DNA of 24,000 nt from an uncultured Nitrososphaerota archaeon. Lineage in GTDB: Archaea > Korarchaeota > Korarchaeia > Korarchaeales > Korarchaeaceae. The notes beneath the pieces are model-generated. The model was not told where the DNA came from, searched no databases, and saw only the letters and a program-made list of their open reading frames with translations. Position numbers and translations under genes: made by a program. Shown here piece by piece: positions 8,735-15,709 of this stretch (its first letter is position 1; each line of letters opens with the position of its first letter). The stretch is from contig CAZUBM010000010.1 of NCBI GenBank assembly GCA_964618805.1, positions 38,839-62,838 of the forward strand. The letters are read 5' to 3'.

Positions 8735-9976
8735 ATGAAATCGAGTTCGATATCCAAGTATAAATTCAGAAAGCTGCTGAAGATGCTCAAGGAAAAGCAG
8801 GGAAGAGGCACCGAACTAATCTCACTTTACATACCTCCAGGAAGGAATATTTTTGACGTAGGAAATTATTTGAGGCAAGAACAAGACCAAGCGGGTAACA
8901 TAAAGGATAAGCTAACTAGGAAGAATGTCCAATCTTCGATAGAAAAGCTCATTCAATACCTAAAGCTCTATAGAAAGACCCCTCCAAATGGCTTAGCATT
9001 GTTCTGCGGAGCAATTCCTCAAGGACCAGTAAGGGGAACGGAGAAGATAGAGATGTACGCGATAGAGCCTCCCGAGCCGGTGAGGTCTTTCATGTATGTC
9101 TGTGATCAAACATTCTATCTCGAGCCTTTAGAGGAGATGGCAAGGGAGAAGGATGTCTACGGTCTTCTAGTGCTGGATAGAGGGGGTGGAGCAATAGCTA
9201 TATTGAGAGGAGCAAACTACACTGTCGTTAACAGAGTTTCGTCAGACGTCCCTCCGAAGCATAGCGCTGGCGGATGGTCCCAGAGGAGGTTCGAAAGAAT
9301 AAGGGAGGAGAAAGTTCATGAGTTCTTCAAGAAGTTTGGAGAGGCTGCCAACAAAGCTTTATTGCCTTACATAAAGGAGCTAAAGGGAATAATCATAGGA
9401 GGTCCTGGAGACGCGAGGGAAATTTTTGAACAGGGAAATTACTTAGATTACCGTCTGAAATCAAAAGTTCTTGCCAATTTGCCTCTCTCTTATTCTGGAG
9501 AGGGTGGGCTCAGGGAATTAATTGAAAAATCGATGGATGTCCTGAAAGGCGCTGCCCTAGTAGAAGAGAAGGAAGCTGTTGATAAAATTCTCAGAACCTT
9601 GGCTAGAAATCCAAATCTAGTGGCATATGGGATAAGAGATGTGTTACAATCGTTGATGAGCGGAGCAGCAGAAATGGTAGTCGTTCTCAGCGACTTAGAA
9701 TACTTACATGTTAAGAGAACTTGTCAAAATTGTGGTTTTGAGGAGGAGAGGCTCATAAAGGTGGGAGAGACAGAAACACAAGAGAACTCCGTGCCCTGCC
9801 CTAAATGTGGATCTACGACGTTTGAAGTTGAGAAGGAGGATATAATTGATTACATCGTTACATTGGCAGAATCAATATCAGCAGAGGTCGTAGTCATATC
9901 AAGCGAGACGGAATGGGGTGAGCAGCTGAAGGCCCTTGGAGGGGTAGCCGCCTTACTCAGATATGAAGCTGGTTGA
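8735..9976 (+). CDS. prf1: Peptide chain release factor aRF1 homolog with non-canonical GGW in place of GGQ
   Basis: GRGTELISLYIPP, GNIKDK (NIKS position), YVCDQTF (YxCxxxF) and PKHSAGGWSQRRFERIREEK all align without gaps to the KHxxGGQSAxRFxRL core. A CxxC...CxxC zinc-ribbon insert lies in the C-domain (9722-9808). Confidence 0.85.
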   Translation: MKSSSISKYKFRKLLKMLKEKQGRGTELISLYIPPGRNIFDVGNYLRQEQDQAGNIKDKLTRKNVQSSIEKLIQYLKLYRKTPPNGLALFCGAIPQGPVRGTEKIEMYAIEPPEPVRSFMYVCDQTFYLEPLEEMAREKDVYGLLVLDRGGGAIAILRGANYTVVNRVSSDVPPKHSAGGWSQRRFERIREEKVHEFFKKFGEAANKALLPYIKELKGIIIGGPGDAREIFEQGNYLDYRLKSKVLANLPLSYSGEGGLRELIEKSMDVLKGAALVEEKEAVDKILRTLARNPNLVAYGIRDVLQSLMSGAAEMVVVLSDLEYLHVKRTCQNCGFEEERLIKVGETETQENSVPCPKCGSTTFEVEKEDIIDYIVTLAESISAEVVVISSETEWGEQLKALGGVAALLRYEAG

Positions 9977-9979
9977 TAA

Positions 9980-9990
9980 CTTTTTATTTG
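9980..9990 (+). promoter_or_regulatory. TATA-like box for tRNA-Ala
   Basis: CTTTTTATTTG is centred about 24 nt upstream of the tRNA 5' end at 10009. Confidence 0.4.
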
Positions 9991-10008
9991 GCCAATGGAA
10001 AAATCTGT

Positions 10009-10110
10009 GGGCCGGTAGCTCAGTGGTAGAGCGCCGCTCTCGCACTAAGAGCGACAAATCGTCGCTCTTGCGGATAGCGGAGGTCGCGGGTTCGAATCCC
10101 GCCCGGTCCA
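10009..10110 (+). tRNA. tRNA-Ala (anticodon CGC) with an intron of about 30 nt
   Basis: Acceptor GGGCCGG/CCGGTCC contains the G3:U70 Ala identity pair. D arm GCTC-AGTGGTA-GAGC, anticodon stem CCGCT/AGCGG, loop CT-CGC-A, T arm GCGGG-TTCGAAT-CCCGC, discriminator A. No CCA is encoded. Confidence 0.93.
10045..10074 (+). other. tRNA-Ala intron (near position 37/38, boundaries +/-1 nt)
   Basis: 30 nt separate anticodon-loop A37 from the 3' anticodon stem. The intron has an internal 9-bp hairpin (AAGAGCGAC/GTCGCTCTT), and its 3' GCGG pairs with anticodon-loop UCGC. Confidence 0.85.
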
Positions 10111-10398
10111 TCTTTGATTAAGGTCAAACTTGTTGTCTAACTTTCGTTTTAAGGTTAGTTATTGGATGGAGATGGAGGTTAAAGTTGCTAGAAGGCAACC
10201 TCTTCCTCATGCAAATAAGGACTGATATGCTTATTATGATGCATATATGGACGCTAAAAGAGATTTGTTAGGCTTGCTAAAGAGTTCCTGAAGCTATAAA
10301 AAAGCGAGAGTGTTTGCGATTGGAATTAAAAGAAACAGGGTCTACTCCTAGAACGGATATTAAGGGATCGATAAGAACCAACTTTCTAGCTCAAAAAG

Positions 10399-10470
10399 AG
10401 CCGGGGCCGGGATTCGAACCCGGGATCGGTGGGTCTGCAGCCCACCGCCTTACCACTCGGCTACCCCGGC
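10399..10470 (-). tRNA. tRNA-Cys (anticodon GCA)
   Basis: The reverse complement reads GCCGGGG-TA-GCCG-AGTGGTA-AGGC-G-GTGGG-CTGCAGA-CCCAC-CGATC-CCGGG-TTCGAAT-CCCGG-CCCCGGC-T. It is 72 nt with a U73 discriminator. Confidence 0.93.
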
Positions 10471-10552
10471 TTGCTATAAAGAAGATCAATTTCGCTTATT
10501 TTAATCTTCCGACCTAATGTTAAAATGAGGAAATCACTGCTAACTTACCTTT

Positions 10553-11842
10553 TTAGGCAAGTTTTCCTTTTATTTCCCCTATAAGTCTATCTAAAGGAAT
10601 TTCTGACTCCTCGCCCGAGTCCAGATCCCTTACTTTCACAGATTTCTTTTCAAGTTCCCTCTTTCCTAGCAAAACCACGAGTTTACACCCTTTTTTGTTT
10701 GCATACTCGAGCTGTTTGGATAAAGGTCTCTCCCTTAACTCCACATCGGTCTTGATTCCCGCCATTCTAAGGTCCCTTGCTATCTTGAGAGCGAGTGGCT
10801 TTAGCTCATGCCCGATGTATGCTACGAAGACAGGTCTCCTATCTCTTATCTCAACAACTCCTTTTTCCTTGGCTGCTTCAACGAGACGATCGACTCCAAA
10901 TGACATGCCAACACATGAGACGTCCGGTCCTCCGTATAGGCTTATTAGATTGTCGTACCTTCCCCCTCCGCACACGGAGTAAGGTATTCCTTCTACTAGG
11001 ACTTCAAACACCATACCTGTGTAATAAGCTAATCCCCTAACGATGTTGGGAGAAAAAAGGATCCAATTTCCTAATCCTATCTCTTTCCCGAGATCGAAGA
11101 GCTTGATTAGGCGTTCTATGACTTGTCTTAGCTTAGGCTCCTCCAACACTTCAAGAGCCTCTTCCGGTAATCTGTTCTTCAGACCTAGAAGGAACATTAC
11201 TCTATCAAAGAGCTCTTTTCTTCCATTAAGAGCTGCTAAGAGTTCCCGATTAAACGTTTCATTAGAAATCTTGTTCTTCTTATCTATGACTAGCATTACT
11301 CTGTACTGTTGGTCTGAATCAAATCCCTCTTGCCTTAGCATTTCCCTGAATATCCGAACGTCGTTTACTTCAACCCTAAAATCCTTAAAACCTAGAGCTA
11401 ACATCGAGTCGATTACTACGGACATCACCTCAAGATCTGATTCTATGGATAAAGCACCTATCAACTCGACGCCCGCTTGCCAGAACTCCCTATATCTCAT
11501 TTTCTGGGGCTCATCGTATCTAAACACGCTTCCAAAGTAGCTCCATTTGACTGGTAGTTTGAGCTCTCCAGCCCTCTGAACGAAAAGTCTGGCTGCCGAG
11601 GGCGTAAGTTCGGGTCTCAGCGCCACCTTTCTACCTCCGAAGTCCGTGAAGGTATACATACGCTTCTCTATCTCCTCCCCTGACTTCCTTTCAAAGAGAG
11701 AAAATGGTTCCAGAGTTGGTAATACAATTTCTTCGAATCCGTACAAATTAAATACGGTCCTTAGTGTATCTTCTACCCTCTGAAAGATTCTCGCTTCCTC
11801 AGGCATTAGTATCCTGAAGCCCCTTAGCGTTGAGAAGTCCAT
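10553..11842 (-). CDS. hisS: Histidyl-tRNA synthetase
   Basis: Class II core with RPELT, YFGSVFRYDEPQ, and the HisRS-typical CGGGRYDNL. C-terminal anticodon-binding domain. 429 aa. Confidence 0.92.
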   Translation of the reverse strand: MDFSTLRGFRILMPEEARIFQRVEDTLRTVFNLYGFEEIVLPTLEPFSLFERKSGEEIEKRMYTFTDFGGRKVALRPELTPSAARLFVQRAGELKLPVKWSYFGSVFRYDEPQKMRYREFWQAGVELIGALSIESDLEVMSVVIDSMLALGFKDFRVEVNDVRIFREMLRQEGFDSDQQYRVMLVIDKKNKISNETFNRELLAALNGRKELFDRVMFLLGLKNRLPEEALEVLEEPKLRQVIERLIKLFDLGKEIGLGNWILFSPNIVRGLAYYTGMVFEVLVEGIPYSVCGGGRYDNLISLYGGPDVSCVGMSFGVDRLVEAAKEKGVVEIRDRRPVFVAYIGHELKPLALKIARDLRMAGIKTDVELRERPLSKQLEYANKKGCKLVVLLGKRELEKKSVKVRDLDSGEESEIPLDRLIGEIKGKLA

Positions 11843-11865
11843 CCCAAGAGTTGTTCGGCATGAAT

Positions 11866-11876
11866 ACTTAAATAAA
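11866..11876. promoter_or_regulatory. Shared AT-rich TATA element between divergent hisS and tRNA-Arg
   Basis: ACTTAAATAAA lies about 27 nt upstream of the tRNA-Arg 5' end. On the other strand it lies about 29 nt upstream of the hisS ATG, which implies a leaderless hisS mRNA. Confidence 0.4.
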
Positions 11877-11897
11877 CCCTAGGTCTCTCTCATCACT

Positions 11898-11972
11898 GGG
11901 CCCGTAGCTCAGTATGGATAGAGCGGCGGCCTCCTAAGCCGTAGGTCGCGGGTTCGAGTCCCGCCGGGCCCG
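11898..11972 (+). tRNA. tRNA-Arg (anticodon CCT)
   Basis: GGGCCCG-TA-GCTC-AGTATGGATA-GAGC-G-GCGGC-CTCCTAA-GCCGT-AGGTC-GCGGG-TTCGAGT-CCCGC-CGGGCCC-G. 75 nt. Confidence 0.93.
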
Positions 11973-11990
11973 TTTTTAGTTCTGTTTTTT
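11973..11990 (+). terminator. T-run terminator after tRNA-Arg
   Basis: TTTTTAGTTCTGTTTTTT follows the discriminator base directly. Archaeal termination occurs at oligo-T. Confidence 0.45.
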
Positions 11991-12021
11991 AGTCTGAAGC
12001 GAACCTATCGTGGTGGGTAGG

Positions 12022-13035
12022 ATGAAACTAAGGAATTTGGCGTTAGCATGCTTTACCTTGGTCTTAATTGTTGTTCCAGCTGCTTTAGTCCGCAGTCAAC
12101 AACCTCCAGCTTCCACATATGGGGCAATTGTTGTTAGAGGGGACATATATGCAGATTGGACCTTGGCTATGGCTTTTTCTATGAAAGAAAGGATACCTGT
12201 ACTCACGCTGTTCAAAGAAGTGAATGAGGAAGAAGTTATTGGTGTATTAACCAGTTTGTTGGAGGCAAGACGATCTGTTCTTATCGTAGGGGATTCTATG
12301 GCTGTTCCAAGGGACTTCGAGATCATATTGAAATCCATGAGGATAGATGTGGATAGGGTAGGGGGCGCAACGAGGGCAGACACATCTTTACAAATGATAA
12401 TAAGGGGTTTCTGGGCCGAAAGTAAGGAGCTAGTTGTAGTTGACGGTCAGAAAAGGGAGCTATACATACCAGCTCTTTCTCTATCATCGACAGCTCTAGC
12501 GCCAATAGTGTACTCTATTGAAGGCCACCTTCCTGAGAATTTTTACAAAGTTGTAGGGAACTACATGACAAAACTCGAGACCATATACGTTCTAGATAAC
12601 TCTCTTTCGGAGGATGAGATCAAAAGGCTAATTAACAAAGGTTATACAATAAAAGAAATGAATATTACGACTGTAGAAGCTCCAAAGAGAAGTTTAGTTC
12701 AGCAAGCATCGTTATGGCTTAGAGAAAGAGCCTTAGGTATTGTTACTGGCCTTTTCATGGGGACTATTGCGTCTTATCTCATTTTATTGAGGAAAAAGAG
12801 ATCTCCTTCTGAACTATTGATGAGTTTCTTAACAAGGGATGAGAGAGCGCTCGTAGAAATAATTAGGAGAAATAAAGAAGTAAGGCAGGAGGATCTTCCC
12901 GAATTGACAGGTTTTTCTCGTCCTAAAGTAAGTAGAATGGTGAATGAACTGGTGAGTAGGGGGATATTGGAGAAAGAGGTCTCAGGAAAGACTTATGTGT
13001 TAAGGGTTAGGAATCTATTTAAAGGGAGAACTTGA
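12022..13035 (+). CDS. Membrane-anchored winged-helix (MarR-like) regulator with extracytoplasmic CWB2-like domain
   Basis: Signal/anchor MKLRNLALACFTLVLIVVPAALV (the ATG at 12022 is preferred over the GTG at 12010). CWB2-like elements (IVVRGDIYADWTLAMAFS, DRVGGATRADTS). TM helix ALGIVTGLFMGTIASYLILL followed by RKKR. C-terminal wHTH LTRDERALVEIIRRNKEVRQEDLPELTGFSRPKVSRMVNELVSRGILEK. Confidence 0.7.
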   Translation: MKLRNLALACFTLVLIVVPAALVRSQQPPASTYGAIVVRGDIYADWTLAMAFSMKERIPVLTLFKEVNEEEVIGVLTSLLEARRSVLIVGDSMAVPRDFEIILKSMRIDVDRVGGATRADTSLQMIIRGFWAESKELVVVDGQKRELYIPALSLSSTALAPIVYSIEGHLPENFYKVVGNYMTKLETIYVLDNSLSEDEIKRLINKGYTIKEMNITTVEAPKRSLVQQASLWLRERALGIVTGLFMGTIASYLILLRKKRSPSELLMSFLTRDERALVEIIRRNKEVRQEDLPELTGFSRPKVSRMVNELVSRGILEKEVSGKTYVLRVRNLFKGRT

Positions 13036-13064
13036 CCTAACCCCTCAAGGTCGGAGGTTCTATT

Positions 13065-13238
13065 ATGTCAAGAGAAGAGTTGTATTGCACTTCCTGCGGG
13101 AGAAGAGTAACCTATCAGCCTTCATTGGTCACCTTCCTCTGCCCAAACTGTGGTGAGGCTCTTATAGTACGGTGTAGGATTTGCAGACAACAAGCAAACC
13201 GTTATATATGTCCCGTGTGTGGTTTTGAGGGTCCCTAA
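13065..13238 (+). CDS. Small double zinc-ribbon protein (COG2888-like, usually found next to aEF-1beta)
   Basis: This 57-aa ORF is absent from the supplied track: MSREELYCTSCGRRVTYQPSLVTFLCPNCGEALIVRCRICRQQANRYICPVCGFEGP. GGAGGT sits 6 nt upstream of the ATG. Confidence 0.75.
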   Translation: MSREELYCTSCGRRVTYQPSLVTFLCPNCGEALIVRCRICRQQANRYICPVCGFEGP

Positions 13239-13252
13239 GAGGTCGATGAAGC

Positions 13253-13519
13253 ATGACTAAAATCCTAATGGAAGTAAGAGTCCTTTTGGAAGTTGAATCC
13301 GATCGTGAGAAAGTCTTAGAGTCCATAAGAGATTCCCTAAGGGAAAATAGTGCAGAACTGCTTGACTTCGATAAAGTTCCGATAGCCTTCGGAATTGAGG
13401 CTCTTAACCTATTCATAAGAGCTCCAGAGGAAGAAGGGATTACTACAAAAGTACTTGATGGGATAAGCAACGTAGAAGGGGTAAGTAGCGTCGAAATAGG
13501 TAGGACTTCAAGAGCGTGA
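13253..13519 (+). CDS. Translation elongation factor aEF-1 beta
   Basis: 88 aa, with the typical ...VPIAFGIEALNLFIRAPEEEG...GVSSVEI pattern and size. Confidence 0.85.
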   Translation: MTKILMEVRVLLEVESDREKVLESIRDSLRENSAELLDFDKVPIAFGIEALNLFIRAPEEEGITTKVLDGISNVEGVSSVEIGRTSRA

Positions 13520-13525
13520 GCTGAC

Positions 13526-13795
13526 ATGACTAGTTCCAGTTTATCTCTACCAGTTTGGTATGTGATTTATGATTTTCTAAAGAAGTGTAGAGAAGAAGGG
13601 ATTACAGACAAGGAACTGTATGAAAAAGTAGTTTCCGACAATCCCTGGATCTCCCTACCTCAGATTTCAGAAGCCTTACTTAAGTTAGAAGCTGCTGGAA
13701 AAATTAGAACTGTTAGAGGGGGTAGGAAAGGCACTCTCATAGTTGAACTTATAGAAGGACGCAAACATAGATACGTCCTATCTGACGAGGACTAA
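13526..13795 (+). CDS. Small hypothetical protein, possibly winged-helix
   Basis: Intact 89-aa ORF 6 nt after the aEF-1beta stop. ISLPQISEALLKLEAAGKIRTVRGGRKGTLIVEL resembles a recognition helix plus wing. Confidence 0.5.
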   Translation: MTSSSLSLPVWYVIYDFLKKCREEGITDKELYEKVVSDNPWISLPQISEALLKLEAAGKIRTVRGGRKGTLIVELIEGRKHRYVLSDED

Positions 13796-13798
13796 ACG

Positions 13799-14818
13799 CT
13801 AAAACCAAGCTTCCAAACCCTCTGAAGGTGGTTTCATTTTTCTAAGTTCTTCTAAGGTTTTCTCCACCCTTTTAGGGGAAAATTCGTGTTGATTTACCAT
13901 GAAATCGTAAAGCTTCTCTTCATCAACTGGTTTAAGGGTTAAATCATAGTTATCTGAGGTAGGAGGATCCAAGAAGAACTCATAAATATCCTTTGGATCG
14001 ATTTCAAACTCCCAATTCACGTGTGAGAGGATTTCATCTAGCGTTTTATACGTTTCAACTAACTTTAAAGCCTTCTTACATCCTATCCCTTTAATCCCTC
14101 CTGGATTATAATCCGTCCCAACAAGTATGCCTATTACAATTAGTTGCTCCCTGCTGATACCTAAGTTGCCCAAAGTTTCATCTAGAAGGATCTCCTCTGG
14201 ATAGATTCTGACATATGCCTTCTCTCTCGGTAATTTTCTTCTCTCAGAGAATGTCAGATTCCTTACAAGCCTTGGTGAGCCAAATAAGAGGGAGTCATAA
14301 TCTTGAGATCCTGCTGCCCATACATCGCCTTTCTTAGCCATATAGGCTGCTTGTGCCTCTCCTTCACTTGGTGCTTGGACGATGGGTACTCCCATATATT
14401 CAAGAATCTTCTTGGCGTCCTCTATCATCTCTGGAGTTAAGGAAAGAGCTGCTTGTGCGTACTTTCTTGCTTCTTCTAATCTCCCAGCAGCCAGTGCTTC
14501 CTTCCACTTTTTCATAGCTTCTCTCCTTACCTCCTCCCTCTCTTCTACAGTCGCCCTCTTGAAAGGAGGGGGCTCCCCGTCAAACACGTATATAGGTGTT
14601 ATACCTGTTGTGAGAAGCTTAGCGGTCCTGTAAAAGATGCCGGAATGGACTGAAGTTATCTCCCCGCTGCTCGTCATTAATGGCGTTCCATCCTTCTGTC
14701 TTATGATAGATAAGAACTGATACATGGCATTAAAGGCATCGATAGCCACGGATTTTCCTTTAAGCTTTTCTAAATCTATCCTATGGGTTATAACAAGGTC
14801 ACTTATCTTAACTCCCAT
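13799..14818 (-). CDS. fen: Flap endonuclease 1
   Basis: The canonical N-terminus MGVKISDLV...AIDAFNAMYQFL starts at the internal ATG at 14818. The 46-codon upstream extension in the track is non-homologous. XPG-N/I motifs and a C-terminal PIP-like tail (LEAWF). Confidence 0.9.
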   Translation of the reverse strand: MGVKISDLVITHRIDLEKLKGKSVAIDAFNAMYQFLSIIRQKDGTPLMTSSGEITSVHSGIFYRTAKLLTTGITPIYVFDGEPPPFKRATVEEREEVRREAMKKWKEALAAGRLEEARKYAQAALSLTPEMIEDAKKILEYMGVPIVQAPSEGEAQAAYMAKKGDVWAAGSQDYDSLLFGSPRLVRNLTFSERRKLPREKAYVRIYPEEILLDETLGNLGISREQLIVIGILVGTDYNPGGIKGIGCKKALKLVETYKTLDEILSHVNWEFEIDPKDIYEFFLDPPTSDNYDLTLKPVDEEKLYDFMVNQHEFSPKRVEKTLEELRKMKPPSEGLEAWF

Positions 14819-14873
14819 CGGCCTTCGTATTATCTTACTTTGGTCCAAGGATAAAAACAAATCTGGAGGGATA

Positions 14874-15254
14874 ATGTCAATGAAATCTATGAGATTAAGC
14901 TCTAGATACAAGCAAGTTATTGTTGTTAGAGGCGATATAGAAATGAGTAGAGGCAAGATTGCTGCTCAAGTAGCTCATGCAGCGTGTGAAGCTTTTGAAA
15001 ATGCCAGAAAGATGGTCCCACGCATTTGGAGTAGTTGGAGAGAGGAGGGAGGGAAGAAGGTGGTATTGGTGGCAAGTGAAAAGGAGCTTCTAGAAATCTA
15101 TAAAAAAGCAGAAATCCTAAATATTCCAAGAGCATTAATTAGGGATGCTGGTTTGACGGAGTTGCCCCCTGGAACTCTTACTGCAGTTGCGATAGGTCCT
15201 TTTGATGGGGAAAAGATAGATAAAATCACAGGGCATTTGAAACCCTTGAAATAA
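14874..15254 (+). CDS. pth2: Peptidyl-tRNA hydrolase, archaeal type (Pth2)
   Basis: KQVIVVRGDIEMSRGKIAAQVAHAA...KVVL...LTAVAIGP. The start is trimmed to ATG 14874 (GGAGGG upstream), because the longer track ORF overlaps the fen 5' end. Confidence 0.88.
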   Translation: MSMKSMRLSSRYKQVIVVRGDIEMSRGKIAAQVAHAACEAFENARKMVPRIWSSWREEGGKKVVLVASEKELLEIYKKAEILNIPRALIRDAGLTELPPGTLTAVAIGPFDGEKIDKITGHLKPLK

Positions 15255-15256
15255 AA

Positions 15257-15670
15257 TTAGAGTGCCTTAATTTTGATCAGAAGGTCTTCTCCTTTCTTTA
15301 ACATATTTATTATAGGTCTTGGAATATCTTTTGCTGCAGCCGTTGCTTCTATAGCTATCGTGCGGCCGTCTATATAGGTAGATTTCCTAAATACCATCTC
15401 TTTTTCGGATAAAAACTCTAGTTTAGGGGATCCACGGGCCTTAAATGAAAATCTTCTATCGCCAACTGAAATCACGACTTCTATCTGACCTCCATTCAGC
15501 AAATGCTCCTTTAACTCAGGGCAGAGATCTTTCACCGCCTTATCGGCCATTATTCCTATTATACAATCAGCTCTTATCGATATTTCAGTCTCTTTGGTGA
15601 TTTCTATCGTTGTTCCATGCATACCAGTTACGTTTGGATGCCCTCTGGCATGTATGATCTCCTCAACCAA
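15257..15670 (-). CDS. DUF371-family protein
   Basis: IHARGHPNVTGMHGTTIEITKE...ADCIIGI pattern, 137 aa. Confidence 0.7.
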   Translation of the reverse strand: MVEEIIHARGHPNVTGMHGTTIEITKETEISIRADCIIGIMADKAVKDLCPELKEHLLNGGQIEVVISVGDRRFSFKARGSPKLEFLSEKEMVFRKSTYIDGRTIAIEATAAAKDIPRPIINMLKKGEDLLIKIKAL

Positions 15671-15709
15671 TCCAACAAAATTATCTCTAATCCTAGCATA
15701 AAAAGCAGG

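Noticed and set aside
8725-8763. 12-codon uORF (MREDEIEFDIQV) overlapping the aRF1 start, just after GGAGGT.
   Set aside because: The SD-to-ATG spacing is only 2 nt, which is too short. The aRF1 ATG at 8735 gives the conserved N-terminus, so this is probably incidental.
10166-10225. 19-aa ORF (MEMEVKVARRQPLPHANKD) in the tRNA-Ala/tRNA-Cys spacer.
   Set aside because: It is very short, with no SD and no supporting signal.
10230-10296. Possible C/D-box sRNA between the two tRNAs (ATGATGC at 10236-10242, CTGA at 10288-10291, spacing of about 50 nt).
   Set aside because: The C box is imperfect, there are no internal D'/C' boxes, and there is no convincing terminal stem. This is not enough to make a call.
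10314-10517. 67-aa + strand ORF.
   Set aside because: It lies on top of tRNA-Cys on the opposite strand. Its 'protein' is a translation of the tRNA complement and flanking spacer.
10695-11540. Three + strand ORFs (95, 81 and 165 aa).
   Set aside because: They are antisense to the well-supported hisS gene, with Ser/Leu-rich low-complexity translations and no motifs.
13162-13527. 121-aa - strand ORF.
   Set aside because: It is antisense to the zinc-ribbon and aEF-1beta genes, both of which have clear family signatures.
14724-14956. N-terminal extensions of the fen (to 14956) and pth2 (from 14724) track ORFs, which overlap each other.
   Set aside because: Both families' conserved N-termini begin at internal ATGs (14818 and 14874). 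The extensions are mutually antisense and non-homologous.
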